A DNA stretch of 63,027 nucleotides, filler included, from Hyphochytrium catenoides (taxonomy: Eukaryota; Protista; Hyphochytriomycota): assembly GCA_900088475.1 (NCBI GenBank). It is 6 parts of 6 records of this genome, joined end to end, with 100 filler letters (N's around TTAATTAATTAA, not from the genome) between each part and the next. Parts side by side here need not be neighbours in the genome. Positions count along the whole stretch, not along the records: positions 20,251 to 39,801 come from FLMG01002079.1; 5 more parts are not named here. One strand, given 5' to 3'. A model generated the notes under the pieces. It made no database searches. It saw only the letters and a list, made by a program, of their open reading frames with translations, and had not been told where the DNA came from. This document shows positions 24,939 to 35,135 of the stretch, one piece after another; positions within the stretch are counted from its first letter, which is position 1, and each line of letters begins with the position of its first letter. The position numbers were made by a program, and so were the translations under genes.

Positions 24939-25302
24939 ATCGGACCCAATGACATAATAAAGACTCGCATAGATCTGGATACGTGCTTAGCAGAGACCAA
25001 TTTGCTGTCTAAGCTTCAGCCACGGATTGGGGCGAGAGTAGTCTTCACCGTCAGAGCTATGGGAAAGTGTGTCGCAGCCGGCCTTCCCCAAGGATATCGC
25101 AATTGGAACCTTCGCAACGGTCACAGGGATTGAGAGAGTTTCCAGGAGGCTGCAGCAGGACACGGTACTCGGTGCAGTTGGGCTGCAGTCTAACATATCT
25201 ACAGAGCAGCGGAATGAGGTTAAAAGATGTACTTCTATTCCTCAAGAAACCAGACAAGAGTGGATCTCTTGCCACGAGCCGTCGGTGCCGGTGATAGGTT
25301 AG
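24831..25302 (+). pseudogene. Frameshifted PIF1-like helicase fragment (possible Helitron-type relic)
   Basis: Correcting two frameshifts gives ARDTLNVMALN...NSIDW-STVIGPNDIIKTRIDLDTCLAETNLLSKLQPRIGARVVFT...DIAIGTFATVTGIE. This resembles the PIF1 2B region (LxLKVGAxVM...GLxNGxxGxVxxI). Confidence 0.55.
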
Positions 25303-25320
25303 ATAAGGAAACTCAGGAGC

Positions 25321-25735
25321 GAGAGAAAGCCGCGTCTTCAACAGCGGACTCACCATCTCCAAAAGCGACTCGTACTTTTTACTCATTCTTCCTCGGTCTC
25401 TCTCTCCGCGCTCTTTCTCTCTCTCTCTCCTCTCTCCACCCTCTACCTAGTAGCACCCCTCTTCTTTCGTTCTCTCTCTCTCTCTCCATTTCTCCCTTTT
25501 CCTCTCTCTCTNNNNNNNNNNNNNNNNNNNNNNNNNNNNNNNNNNNNNNNNNNNNNNNNNNNNNNNNNNNNNNNNNNNNNNNNNNNNNNTCTCCCTCTCT
25601 CTCTCTCTTTTCTCTCTCTCTCGTTCCCTCACAATCTCTTTCTCTTCGTCTCTTTCTTTTTCTCTCTCTCTCTCTCTCTCTCCCTCTCTCCCTCTCTCTC
25701 TCTTGCACTGTGATTGTCTTTTTTGCGCTCTTCTT
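25321..25735 (+). repeat. Imperfect direct repeat, copy 2 (contains an N gap)
   Basis: Matches 24197-24544 at both ends. Confidence 0.85.
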
Positions 25736-25872
25736 GCTCTTCTTGTCGCTGTTGACGCAATGCTAAAGTCCACAACCACCTTATTTGCAGGGCAAACCAC
25801 GCTGAATCCTCCCCGCTAACGGCTAGCTCTGGCTCTCATCCATCGCGATCTTTGGGTTCATTCTCCTCTTCG

Positions 25873-25903
<31 letters not shown>

Positions 25904-26225
25904 CTCTCTCTTTTCCCGCTCTCTCATTATCTCTCTCGGTCTCTCTGTCTGTCTCTCCCTAGCTGGCTCCCTCTCTCTCTGTCTACTCTCGTCTCTCTGG
26001 TGGTTCTGACCGACAGTTCAGCGTCGCGAACTGCTTCCTTCTCCTTCGCTCCCTACGCCGCATCCAAGCCTCACTTCCTCTCTCTCACTTCGTGCTGAAG
26101 CTCATTGTCTAAATAGAGAACAAGACTTATATCAAGCTTCAACGCCCGTGCCCGAGAAGAGACTGCAGACTGTCCGAGTCTCTCTCTCTCTCTTTTCTCT
26201 CTTTCTCTCTCGTCTTCTCCTAAGG

Positions 26226-27920
26226 ATGATCTATTACTCTTCCTCGCGCTTTTTCAAGGTGATCTTCCGTCTTCACGGAAGCGTTATCTTCGGCTCGGTT
26301 CGGCTCTTTCGCCGTGCGCTCATTATGTGCCTCATCTCCATTATTTCGGTATTCTTGGTGCGGAATAGCGCACACTTCCGGGATGTGGTTCAGTCAGAGC
26401 TCATCCAGAGACTTGTCACCGTCTTTAGCCCGCTGATGGGCCTTCTCATCTCTTTTCGCCTTAACTCAGCGTTCAACCAGTGGAGAGCGGGCCTGACGGC
26501 GTGCGATCAGTATACAAAGACAGCGAGAGACTTGGTCTCTGAAGCTTGCTCTTTCTCTGACGCCATGTTCGTGGACGCCGTTGAAAGCAGAGTCAAAGAG
26601 AGACAGAAGAAGGAAAAAGAAGAAGCGGCGTCCTTGGCTCCTGACGATGGAAGTGAGATGGCGAAGGATAAAGATCGAGGTCAGGAAGGAGAGAGATAGC
26701 AGATGAGTTGGCAGGAAGGTGTACAAGCTCGGCAGTGAAGGTAGAAAGAGAAAGAGAGCAAACAAAGGAAGGGATGGAAGAAAGAAGACGATGAAGGGAA
26801 GAGAGAACGTCGGAAGAGGAGAGATACCCTTTGTATCTCCACATAGGGGAGGATGACTCGCTCTAACGTAATGCTCCTCTCGCTATCTCTGACCCTTTCT
26901 CTACCGTCTTTTCTCTTCATCCCTCTCCCTCATTTCCTTCCATTCTCTCTCTCTCCCTCTCTTGTAGACTGCACTCTTCTAGAGGAAGCGTCAGCAGAAG
27001 ACCTCCGGATCCCGCTGGCCCGTACTGCCGCTTTTCTGTTAGAGCTCCGTAGGATGGTTCTTCTGCACATGACGCTTGTTTTCCAGCATCTCCGCAGACT
27101 CCCAGAAGAATTAGAGGCACTGTGTCGCAAGGGACTAATGACAGAGAAAGAGAGAGCGGAACTTCTCTCTTTCCAGGCCCGCCCGTGGCCTTCTACTGCC
27201 GCCACAGCCAAGGGAAGAAAGCACGCGCCTCCTCGCTCTTCCATGGTGACGGTCGAGGCAAACATTAGGCGGCATATCTCTAGGCAGCAGCACGTAGGGG
27301 TCCTCTCCGCTGGGAACGTTGGAGCGCTAAACACCCGTCTCTCCCAGCTCTCCAGCGATCTGCAGCAGCTGCACATCTTGGCACACTATCCCATCCCTTT
27401 CTCCTACGCCCAGTTTGAGAAGCTCTTCCTCTTCGTCTATCTCTTTCTCTACTCAATTGCCAGTGTGGGGAAGAACGCCTATTATACGTCTATCGCTGTC
27501 TTCCTATGGAGTCTGATCCTTCTGTCCAGCGATGAAATTGCCAATGAGATCGAGTGTCCCTTTGGCACGGACGAGAATGACATAGATCTGGACTTTAAGC
27601 TCACGGTCTCAGAGAGAGACATCAACGCTATCTGTCTGCAACAGTTGACGGCGATGGACTATGGGGCGCACCATATCCCAGACATGCAACAAGCAGAAGA
27701 GCACTTCCGGATGCATCTCTTCGATGATGGTGCCTGTCCTCTCTCTCCTTCTTCTTCTCCATTCGGGCTGCAGAGGAGACTCTCTGACATGATGAATGGA
27801 TTATTGACCTGGAGGAAGGGAGAAACGGATGAGAAGAAGGGAGAAAGTGCGGCAGGTGCTGGCATCTCCGTGTCAGAGAGCGCACCGTTGCTTCCTGATC
27901 GCACGCCCTCGAGTGGATAA
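26226..27920 (+). CDS. Bestrophin-family (bacterial/VCCN-type) anion channel; probable exons 26226-26679 and 26968-27920
   Basis: GLLISFRLNSAFNQW, YPIPFSY, EIANEIECPFGTDENDIDL. A phase-1 GT-AG intron joins the two ORFs; the donor position is less certain. Confidence 0.88.
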
Positions 27921-29108
27921 GAGCAGCTTGTGGCCCTTCTCTTTGGTTCTCAGTTCGCTTTTCCTTTCGTATCTATAGCTTTCTCCTCTCTTTCTCTCTC
28001 CCTTCTCTTTTCTCTGTTACCCTCTCCCTCCCTCGTCTCGTGTCGGCTTTGTGTCTCCGTGTTCTTATTTTTCTCTCTCTCTCTCTCTCCCTCTGCTTCT
28101 TGTCCGCGAAGTCCTCGTCTCCTACTCTCCAACAAACGCTTGATAAAAGATGATCAGAACAGATTTAGGAGACACATAGTGCAAAAGGATCATTCGTCGT
28201 TCCGCCAGCTCAACTTCAGGACACAGTTCCAAGTCAGATTGAAGATAGGCCGGTTTTCAAGTAGAGCAGTGCTCTATGAAGCCTCAAACCTAGTAATTTG
28301 ATCGAGCGCGAAGGATGCAGTCATCCCGTTCGATGCAGAGCACCCTGCGGAGAGCTGTCAAAATAGTATGGATTGACGACCAAGGTAGCAGGTTTATGCT
28401 CTCAACGAAGATGAGCTGCAAGGAGCGAGGTCAACAAAGCCCGATGAATGGAACAGGACTTATATGTGGATGAGGAAGTCCAAATGAGATTCTATCGCGT
28501 CTGCTCAACATCACCCTTGTCGGTCTCAACCGCTGCTCAGGCGCAGAACCTCTCTCGTGGCAACTCTTTGGCAAGATCTTACCCCTCCAGGGACAGAGGT
28601 CCAGCTCTACTGATGCCGACTGCTTCCTGAGAAAAGAATCAGAAGACAGGCTTCAGAAGTGATGATTTCTGAAGCTTCAGAATCCGTTTTTCTCTCACAA
28701 ATGCGTCCTTGTGACCTGGGGGTTACCTGAAGGGGTCCTGGGGGACTTCTGTGTGGAGACATTGATAGATTCGCATCCTTCCAAGACAGACTAAGCGAGA
28801 TATATTTGATAGATTCATGAATTGACATAAAAGGCATAGGAATTCACTAGACAGAGCAAAGTCTGGAACAGACAGAAAGGCGATAGGTAGGGCCTGAGAG
28901 ATACCACAAGAACGGCACAGGAAGTTGAACTTCCCCGCTGGTTTTGGTGGCATCATCAGGAGAGAGAGAGAGAAAAGAGAGAGAAAGGGGAGAGAGAGAG
29001 AGAGGAGGAGAGAGAGAGAGAGAGGAGAGAGGAGGCAGAGAGAGAGAGAGAAAGGAAGGAAGAGTGGAGGTAGAGAGAAGAGGAACAAGCGTGAAAGGAA
29101 ACAGAGCG

Positions 29109-29140
<32 letters not shown>

Positions 29141-29456
29141 AAGGAGAAAGAAGGTGGCAGAAAGAGAGCGATTCATGGACAAACTTCAGAAGAGAATCTC
29201 AGCCGTCATAGCTCGCTCTACCCTGCCTCGCGTACCACGCCTTTAGCCTTGACTGTGCCTCGAATCGAGCAGTCATCTGACCGTCCATCGGCCCTCCTGG
29301 GACCGGCATTACTCTCTCGTCAGTGTCTTTTCTTCCGCGTCCTCTCACTCTCTCGGTCTCTCTTTCCATTTATCTCTCTCTCTTTCTCGCGTTACGCTCG
29401 TGGCGTTTCGTTGATTCTTGTCCCCGAGTAGGCACAGCAGTTGGTGATAGTAGTAG

Positions 29457-30896
29457 ATGGCCTGGGGAAGAAAGACAGATCAGCACTCCGACCCTTCTTC
29501 TCTCTCCTCTCCTGCTCCAAGCCATGATGGCAAGCAGACCAAGACTTTATCTCTTCTCTCTCAAGAGGAAGAACTCTCCGAGTGTGCCTCTCTCTTGCGG
29601 AATGCGCCGATGTTTCGCTTCGCAACGGAGAAGAACCTCCGTTCGCTGTGTCGATCTATGTACCCGGTAGAGTACTCTAAGTTTGAGATCATCTGGAGAC
29701 AAGGCGATGCGCAGGAGAAGATGCTTCTTGTTTCTGAGGGAGAGATCGAGAGAACGAGAGAGATAGACGGCCAGCTGCACGTGACAGAGATAAACAAGCG
29801 CGGAGATGCCGTAGGAGTGCTCCATTTGATAGACAGAGAGCCCTGCAACTCCACCGCTATCACCCTCACGCCGGTTCGCGGCTATGCCTGCGAGACAGAG
29901 CCGTTCAATCGCACTCTTTTCCGCGAGCAGAGCTTCCAAAGAGAGGTTATCACGAGCCTTACAAAGGAGATCCGTCACCAGAAGAAGCTCCTGAACACGC
30001 CGCTTCTAGAGCAACATCCAAAGCCCACGCCATACATCGCCATCTCCGTCGCTGCTGCTGCTGAGAGCTTCTATCGAAGTGGGATGAATGCACTGCTTAA
30101 CGCTTCGATTGTCGGAGGGAAACGGGCTGCACTCTTCCCTAACATGCACATACAGATACCAGCCAGAGTGGCGTACATCAATGGGTTTAAGGGTGTTAGG
30201 CATGTGCTAGAGAACAATGTTGATCCGCAGGCATATCCTAATCCTGATGCTATGAGGATGCTTTGTGCCGTGACTCCGGGGCTGCTGATGACGCCTGTCT
30301 CTTCCATCCTAGAGGCGTGCAATGTGGGTCATCTTAATCCTGAGCCTTTGCATCGCCGCTGGGTCCGTGGTGTCGTCCCCCGCGCTGTGCGAGAGATTGT
30401 CTTTGGCGTGGGTCTCAATCAGCTGTCAGACTATGTGGAAGAGAGGCTCCCGCTGCATAGTGGAGCCTTGAACACGGCGCTAGCATCGGTAGTGTCAGGC
30501 GTTATCGCCGGCTACCTCTCTCATGTGCCGCATACGCTGTCTACGTTGAAGCTCAACTATCCGCAGAAGAGCTATTGGAAGCATGCGAGTGAGATGGTAG
30601 AGAACTGCTATAGAAAGATGCCGGCGAGCTGGAATCCGAGGCTGAGGTACACGCTTGGGGTCTTGCAGGCCTTCCTTCTCCCTCCTGGCCTGCACATCCG
30701 CACCTCTCAGATTGTTGGTTCGTTTGTCATCCTCAATGGGACGATTGCGGCATTGAAGGACTGGGATCCCATTCAAATGCTACGACCTTCTCCTCCTCCT
30801 GGGACTACTATCAAGAGAGTGCCAACTCTCTCAAGTATTGCGCTATTGGACAAGCAGCAAATCAGCAGTCCCTCAGGAGACCACCGAGGAAGATAA
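29457..30896 (+). CDS. cNMP-binding-like domain fused to a divergent mitochondrial-carrier-like domain (479 aa, intronless)
   Basis: N-terminal LRNAPMF...IIWRQGDAQEKMLLVSEGEI...GDAVG is a cNMP fold. The C-terminal part has three repeats, including LMTPVSSIL...WVRGVVPRAVREIVFG and IAGYLSHVPHTLST...PGLHIR. Confidence 0.8.
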   Translation: MAWGRKTDQHSDPSSLSSPAPSHDGKQTKTLSLLSQEEELSECASLLRNAPMFRFATEKNLRSLCRSMYPVEYSKFEIIWRQGDAQEKMLLVSEGEIERTREIDGQLHVTEINKRGDAVGVLHLIDREPCNSTAITLTPVRGYACETEPFNRTLFREQSFQREVITSLTKEIRHQKKLLNTPLLEQHPKPTPYIAISVAAAAESFYRSGMNALLNASIVGGKRAALFPNMHIQIPARVAYINGFKGVRHVLENNVDPQAYPNPDAMRMLCAVTPGLLMTPVSSILEACNVGHLNPEPLHRRWVRGVVPRAVREIVFGVGLNQLSDYVEERLPLHSGALNTALASVVSGVIAGYLSHVPHTLSTLKLNYPQKSYWKHASEMVENCYRKMPASWNPRLRYTLGVLQAFLLPPGLHIRTSQIVGSFVILNGTIAALKDWDPIQMLRPSPPPGTTIKRVPTLSSIALLDKQQISSPSGDHRGR

Positions 30897-31860
30897 ACAC
30901 ACAGGCCACGTGCGAGGTACAGAGGCCCGGGAGAGAAGATGAGAGAGAGAGAGAGAGAGAGAGAGTAGGGCATGCTTTTGAGAGGAAGGAGAGACGGGTT
31001 TGCAATGTCATATCCACATCCTCTTTTTGCCTCTGTGAGCCGGCTAACGTCTGTCATCATCCAACCACTTGGCGCTCACTCTTAGTGTTTGAAGGGCTTA
31101 GTTAGAATAGGGGCGTTATGACTCCTACAGCCTAGAGAGGAAGGGAGATGAGTTATCCTTATCAATGTTGACGGCTGCTCTGAGACGCTTTCTGTGTCCT
31201 CTCTTTTCTACTGGGCTGATCATTTCTCTTCTGTCTCTCCCTCTTTTTCCCTCTCCGTTGCGTGTGTCACATCTCCCTCTCTCTCTCTCTGTGCAGTACA
31301 TTTCTTTTTCTCTCTCTCTCTCTCTCCCTGTGCATGCTGACTCCTGACTCCACAGTTCATCCACTCCTGAGAAAAGAGTTACAAGCGTAGCTTGCTGCTT
31401 TACTTTTCTATAAAAGCGAGAGACACAAGGTGTCTCTAGGACTTTCTTCTCTGTCTCGCTTTCTTTGCTCTGAACGAGAGCGGTTATCTCTCATTCCCTG
31501 AGCATACTACTACTTCCTCCTCCTCTGTGTCTCTCGTTTTCTCTCTCTCTCTCTCAATGCTCTCTCCTGATATACCGACCACATTGTAGTGGACATCCAT
31601 ATTAAGGGTAACGGGTCGACATGGTTAGTTAGCCCTCACGGGCGGTAGAACTGCACCGCTTCATCTTCCTCCTTGGCTCTGCTGTCTACCTCGGACGACA
31701 TATAAACGAAAAATAGAGGGAAGAAACCCTTCATCATCTGTGAAACGCCATAATAAATACCTAGCAAAGGAAGAAGCAAGCCCATCCCGTCCTTCTCTCT
31801 CTTTTCTCTTACCAGAAAGAGAAGCAGAGACAACGTGAGAGAGAAAGAGACTTGGCTAGC

Positions 31861-32847
31861 TCAAATTCTTCTTTTTGCCATCAAGGGCTCCGAACTCTTC
31901 TTCAGAAGGTCCATGCGCACCCCAGGACAGATGGGCTGGTTGCTAACCATGCAATAGCCTCGACTCTCTCCTGACTCGGCATCCGTGCTCTGCATGGCCT
32001 CCCAAAGGCTCTCCACAGAGACCCAGAAAGGCGGGTATTTGAACCGCGCGACGTCCAGCACTAAGACAAGGTCTTTCTCTGGATGATAGCCTGCAATGGG
32101 ACTGAAGTGCCCTTGTCCTGTCTGCCCCAGACTGGACCGATTGAAGGCGGTCACAAGCCTCAGGTTGTCAATCTTTGTGGTGGTGATAATGTTACGACGG
32201 AAGCCCTCCAGCGTGGCATCACATGCTCGAAGGTCTACCACGTTCCCTCCGTTGCACTTGGCCAACTGGACAAACTCTGTCAATGTGATCCCCTTCTGTC
32301 CCATCTCTCTCCCTACCAGGAGACAGGAGTTGCAAGTGCCCTTCTGGCAGAGAAGGTTCTCATCGGTAAACCACCGCCAAGAGCCCTTCCAGACCCGTCC
32401 TGGGTCCACTTTGAGGCTGTTCAGCACCATGGAAAGCGTGGCTAAGCCGCAATACGCAGGCTCCGACTGCGTCGTGAACTGCTCCATCAGCATAAAGTAT
32501 GGCGCTCCTAGCCCTCCAAGGCTCATCGCCTCCTGGAACAGCTTCATGCCTTCAGGAGAGGAGAACGCTACCAAGTGCTTCGGTAGTTCTCGCTTGTAAA
32601 AACTGACTATAGGCTTTGTCTCTGCTGAGACGGAGGATAGAGGCTCAATCACCGCCTTTGTCGCGCTCAATGCGCTCTGTCTCGCTTCTCTTCCGAAGAG
32701 TATAACCGCCTGCGAGGCAGCAGAAGCAACATCTGCTGCCTCGCTAGGCTTAGCATCCACAGCTGCAGAGAGAGCGCCAACCGTTTTGGAGGTATGCAGA
32801 CGCCTCCGCGTGCTGCGGGCAAGATTTCTTGCAGCAGATGCAATCAT
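31861..32847 (-). CDS. PCS: Phytochelatin synthase (catalytic domain only) with an N-terminal presequence
   Basis: Triad motifs QSEPAYCG (Cys), GQTGQGHFSP (His) and LVLDVARFKYPPFWV (Asp). Also VDPGRVWKGSWRWF and SRGY. Confidence 0.95.
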   Translation of the reverse strand: MIASAARNLARSTRRRLHTSKTVGALSAAVDAKPSEAADVASAASQAVILFGREARQSALSATKAVIEPLSSVSAETKPIVSFYKRELPKHLVAFSSPEGMKLFQEAMSLGGLGAPYFMLMEQFTTQSEPAYCGLATLSMVLNSLKVDPGRVWKGSWRWFTDENLLCQKGTCNSCLLVGREMGQKGITLTEFVQLAKCNGGNVVDLRACDATLEGFRRNIITTTKIDNLRLVTAFNRSSLGQTGQGHFSPIAGYHPEKDLVLVLDVARFKYPPFWVSVESLWEAMQSTDAESGESRGYCMVSNQPICPGVRMDLLKKSSEPLMAKRRI

Positions 32848-33106
32848 CTGTCCTCCTTCACTCGCTCTTCAAGCTCCAGCTTCAGGTCTCAATGAGGCCG
32901 AGAACGGTGCCTTTCTCTCCTTCCTACAACGGGAACTATTGCCGGGATTTCCCCTGCGACTGCCACTGAAGAAGGAGAAAGGTAATGTCGTCGAAAAGCA
33001 GAAGAGAAAGTCACTGGCTTCTTAAAGGCAGGACGAGCTCACGCCCCTGACTCAGAATAGCAAAAAGGGTACAGATAATGTGCTAAAACAAGGCAGGAGA
33101 AACGCT

Positions 33107-33142
<36 letters not shown>

Positions 33143-33666
33143 AACAGAGGACTGTCTTCCAAGGAGATGTCGTCTTGGGCACACCAGGAGTTCTGCAGAT
33201 CTCTGCTGTTCAGGGACAATGAAGCTTTTGTCTTTGTCTGGAGATAGATGGCGCTAGAAAGGGAAGGAAGAAGAGAGAGAGTAGGCAGCTGTAGAAGTCT
33301 GAGCGGAAGCGAGAGAAACGCTAGGTCAAGAAGTGAATGATAGACGCAGAGAGAGCCAGAAAGAGAGAGAATGAAGGCGCAGAAAAGGTGAAGAAAGAGA
33401 GAACTGAAGGAGAGAGAAAGAGAGGGAAGTCCAAAGCAATGGGACAATGTGAAAGAGAGGAGATCAGCGAGGTGATGGAGAGAAGAGAATGAGGTTCAAG
33501 CTTTTGTGGTTTACCTCATGTAGACCAGTGAAGCTTTTAGCGGAGACAGAGAAAGAGAGTAATAAGGCTGCGCAAGACAGTGAGGAGGAAAGCTAATAAG
33601 AGAAAAAAAGAAGAGAGAACGAGCGAGTGAGAGAGAGAGAGAGAAGAGTGTGAGAGNNNNNNNNNN

Positions 33667-33698
<32 letters not shown>

Positions 33699-35135
33699 AT
33701 GTTCTCTCCTGTTGGGTTGGAAGACGAGAGGCACGTGCCTCACGGTGTGACCAGGATTATTCCTCACTCTTTTCCTTGTCCCTCCAAGCCCTATGAGAAC
33801 CGGCACAATCACACTTGTGTCTGTCTCTGATAGGAGAGCTGTGTTTGCTGACAGCGTGTGTTATCCTAAACGATCTATTTACAATTAGTCATAGTGGGTT
33901 TGTGAGGTGCATGCGTGACCTCTGAAGAAAGGGATAGTGCGTCTGAGGGGCGCTGGGTGTAGAAGGGGCATCTCACAAACAGCAACTGTACAACTACACC
34001 AGTTTCTTACGGTGAACCTTTTCAAATGAAACACACGCATCCTGATTCTAAATGATCATCGTCGTCATCTCCATTACCGGGGTAATCATTGATTTGACCT
34101 CATCTTATTCTAAATGATGTTCCCGCCAGTCCAACATTCCTTACACCATCGCTCAAGAATAACCTTCCGTATATTGGCAATATAGCTAATAAGAACGACA
34201 ACTATTCTGCAGATGCGCTAGGAAGTCCGAATTTCTCACTTCCCTCAGTGCAGCAGCCACACCACCAACGTTCTGATCTACCTCGTGGCACCAGCCAATC
34301 AGTGTGCACCTTTTGATTCCTCTCTGCTTTCATTGGCTGGATGGTCATCGCGTCATCCAATAAGAATGGAGAGATCTTTTCTATCAAGATAGTGCACTCG
34401 GGTAACGGACAGAGCTGGAGCGGCAGAGGGTACATCGCGCTTCCCAAGCCGGCTGGCGCATGATGACAGGTCTCTCCTATAGTCTCTTAGTGGCGCGCGG
34501 TTGGACATGTGAGTGAGCACGGCGAGCAGTCGTTGGAGAACGGCCCAGTTGAAAGAAGGTCGCCGCTGTTCTTTGCTGTCACCCTGGCCTTATGTTGAAG
34601 CGTTGGCCGCCCTGTTCTACCCTCGTTTCCGCTTCTTACCCTTATTATGAGTACACTTCCTAGGGCTAGGAATCTACCCGGTCTAACGCTTGGCAATCAT
34701 CCAGCCCCTGGATTGCAAGAAGACCAACCGTTCCAGGGTTTTGAAGCTCGATCTCGTTTCCTTGAGCGGCCCTTGACTCCCTTGCTTGCGCTCCCATTTG
34801 CTCTTACGATGATCATGGAATACTAGATCACGGGAAACAATGTTTACTTTATGATAAAAGCAATAAATATTGTCCTTGTACAAGGAGAAATAAATATTCT
34901 GCTAGGCATCTCTCCCACGGTATAGGGATGTCTGCAGCAGTAGCGATGGGAGGACATCTATTCCTTGCTCGAAGCGACGGAGAGCTTAGCCCAAATGAAT
35001 GGACGGCCAGGGATGGCGCTCACCCTCTATAAGAATATCGTTCTGGAGACGGAGAAAGTAGAGAGGGCCACCAAAACTCTTTGAAGCTGCGAGTGATTCT
35101 GCATCGTGCGGGACAAAGGCGTTGTTGCTTGTGTC

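Noticed and set aside
26680-26967. Possible stop-codon readthrough or frameshift in the bestrophin gene (and likewise at 37569-37822 in the Clu gene)
   Set aside because: Ordinary GT-AG introns of matching phase explain both breaks. No in-frame stops occur in conserved exons, so there is no evidence for a variant genetic code.
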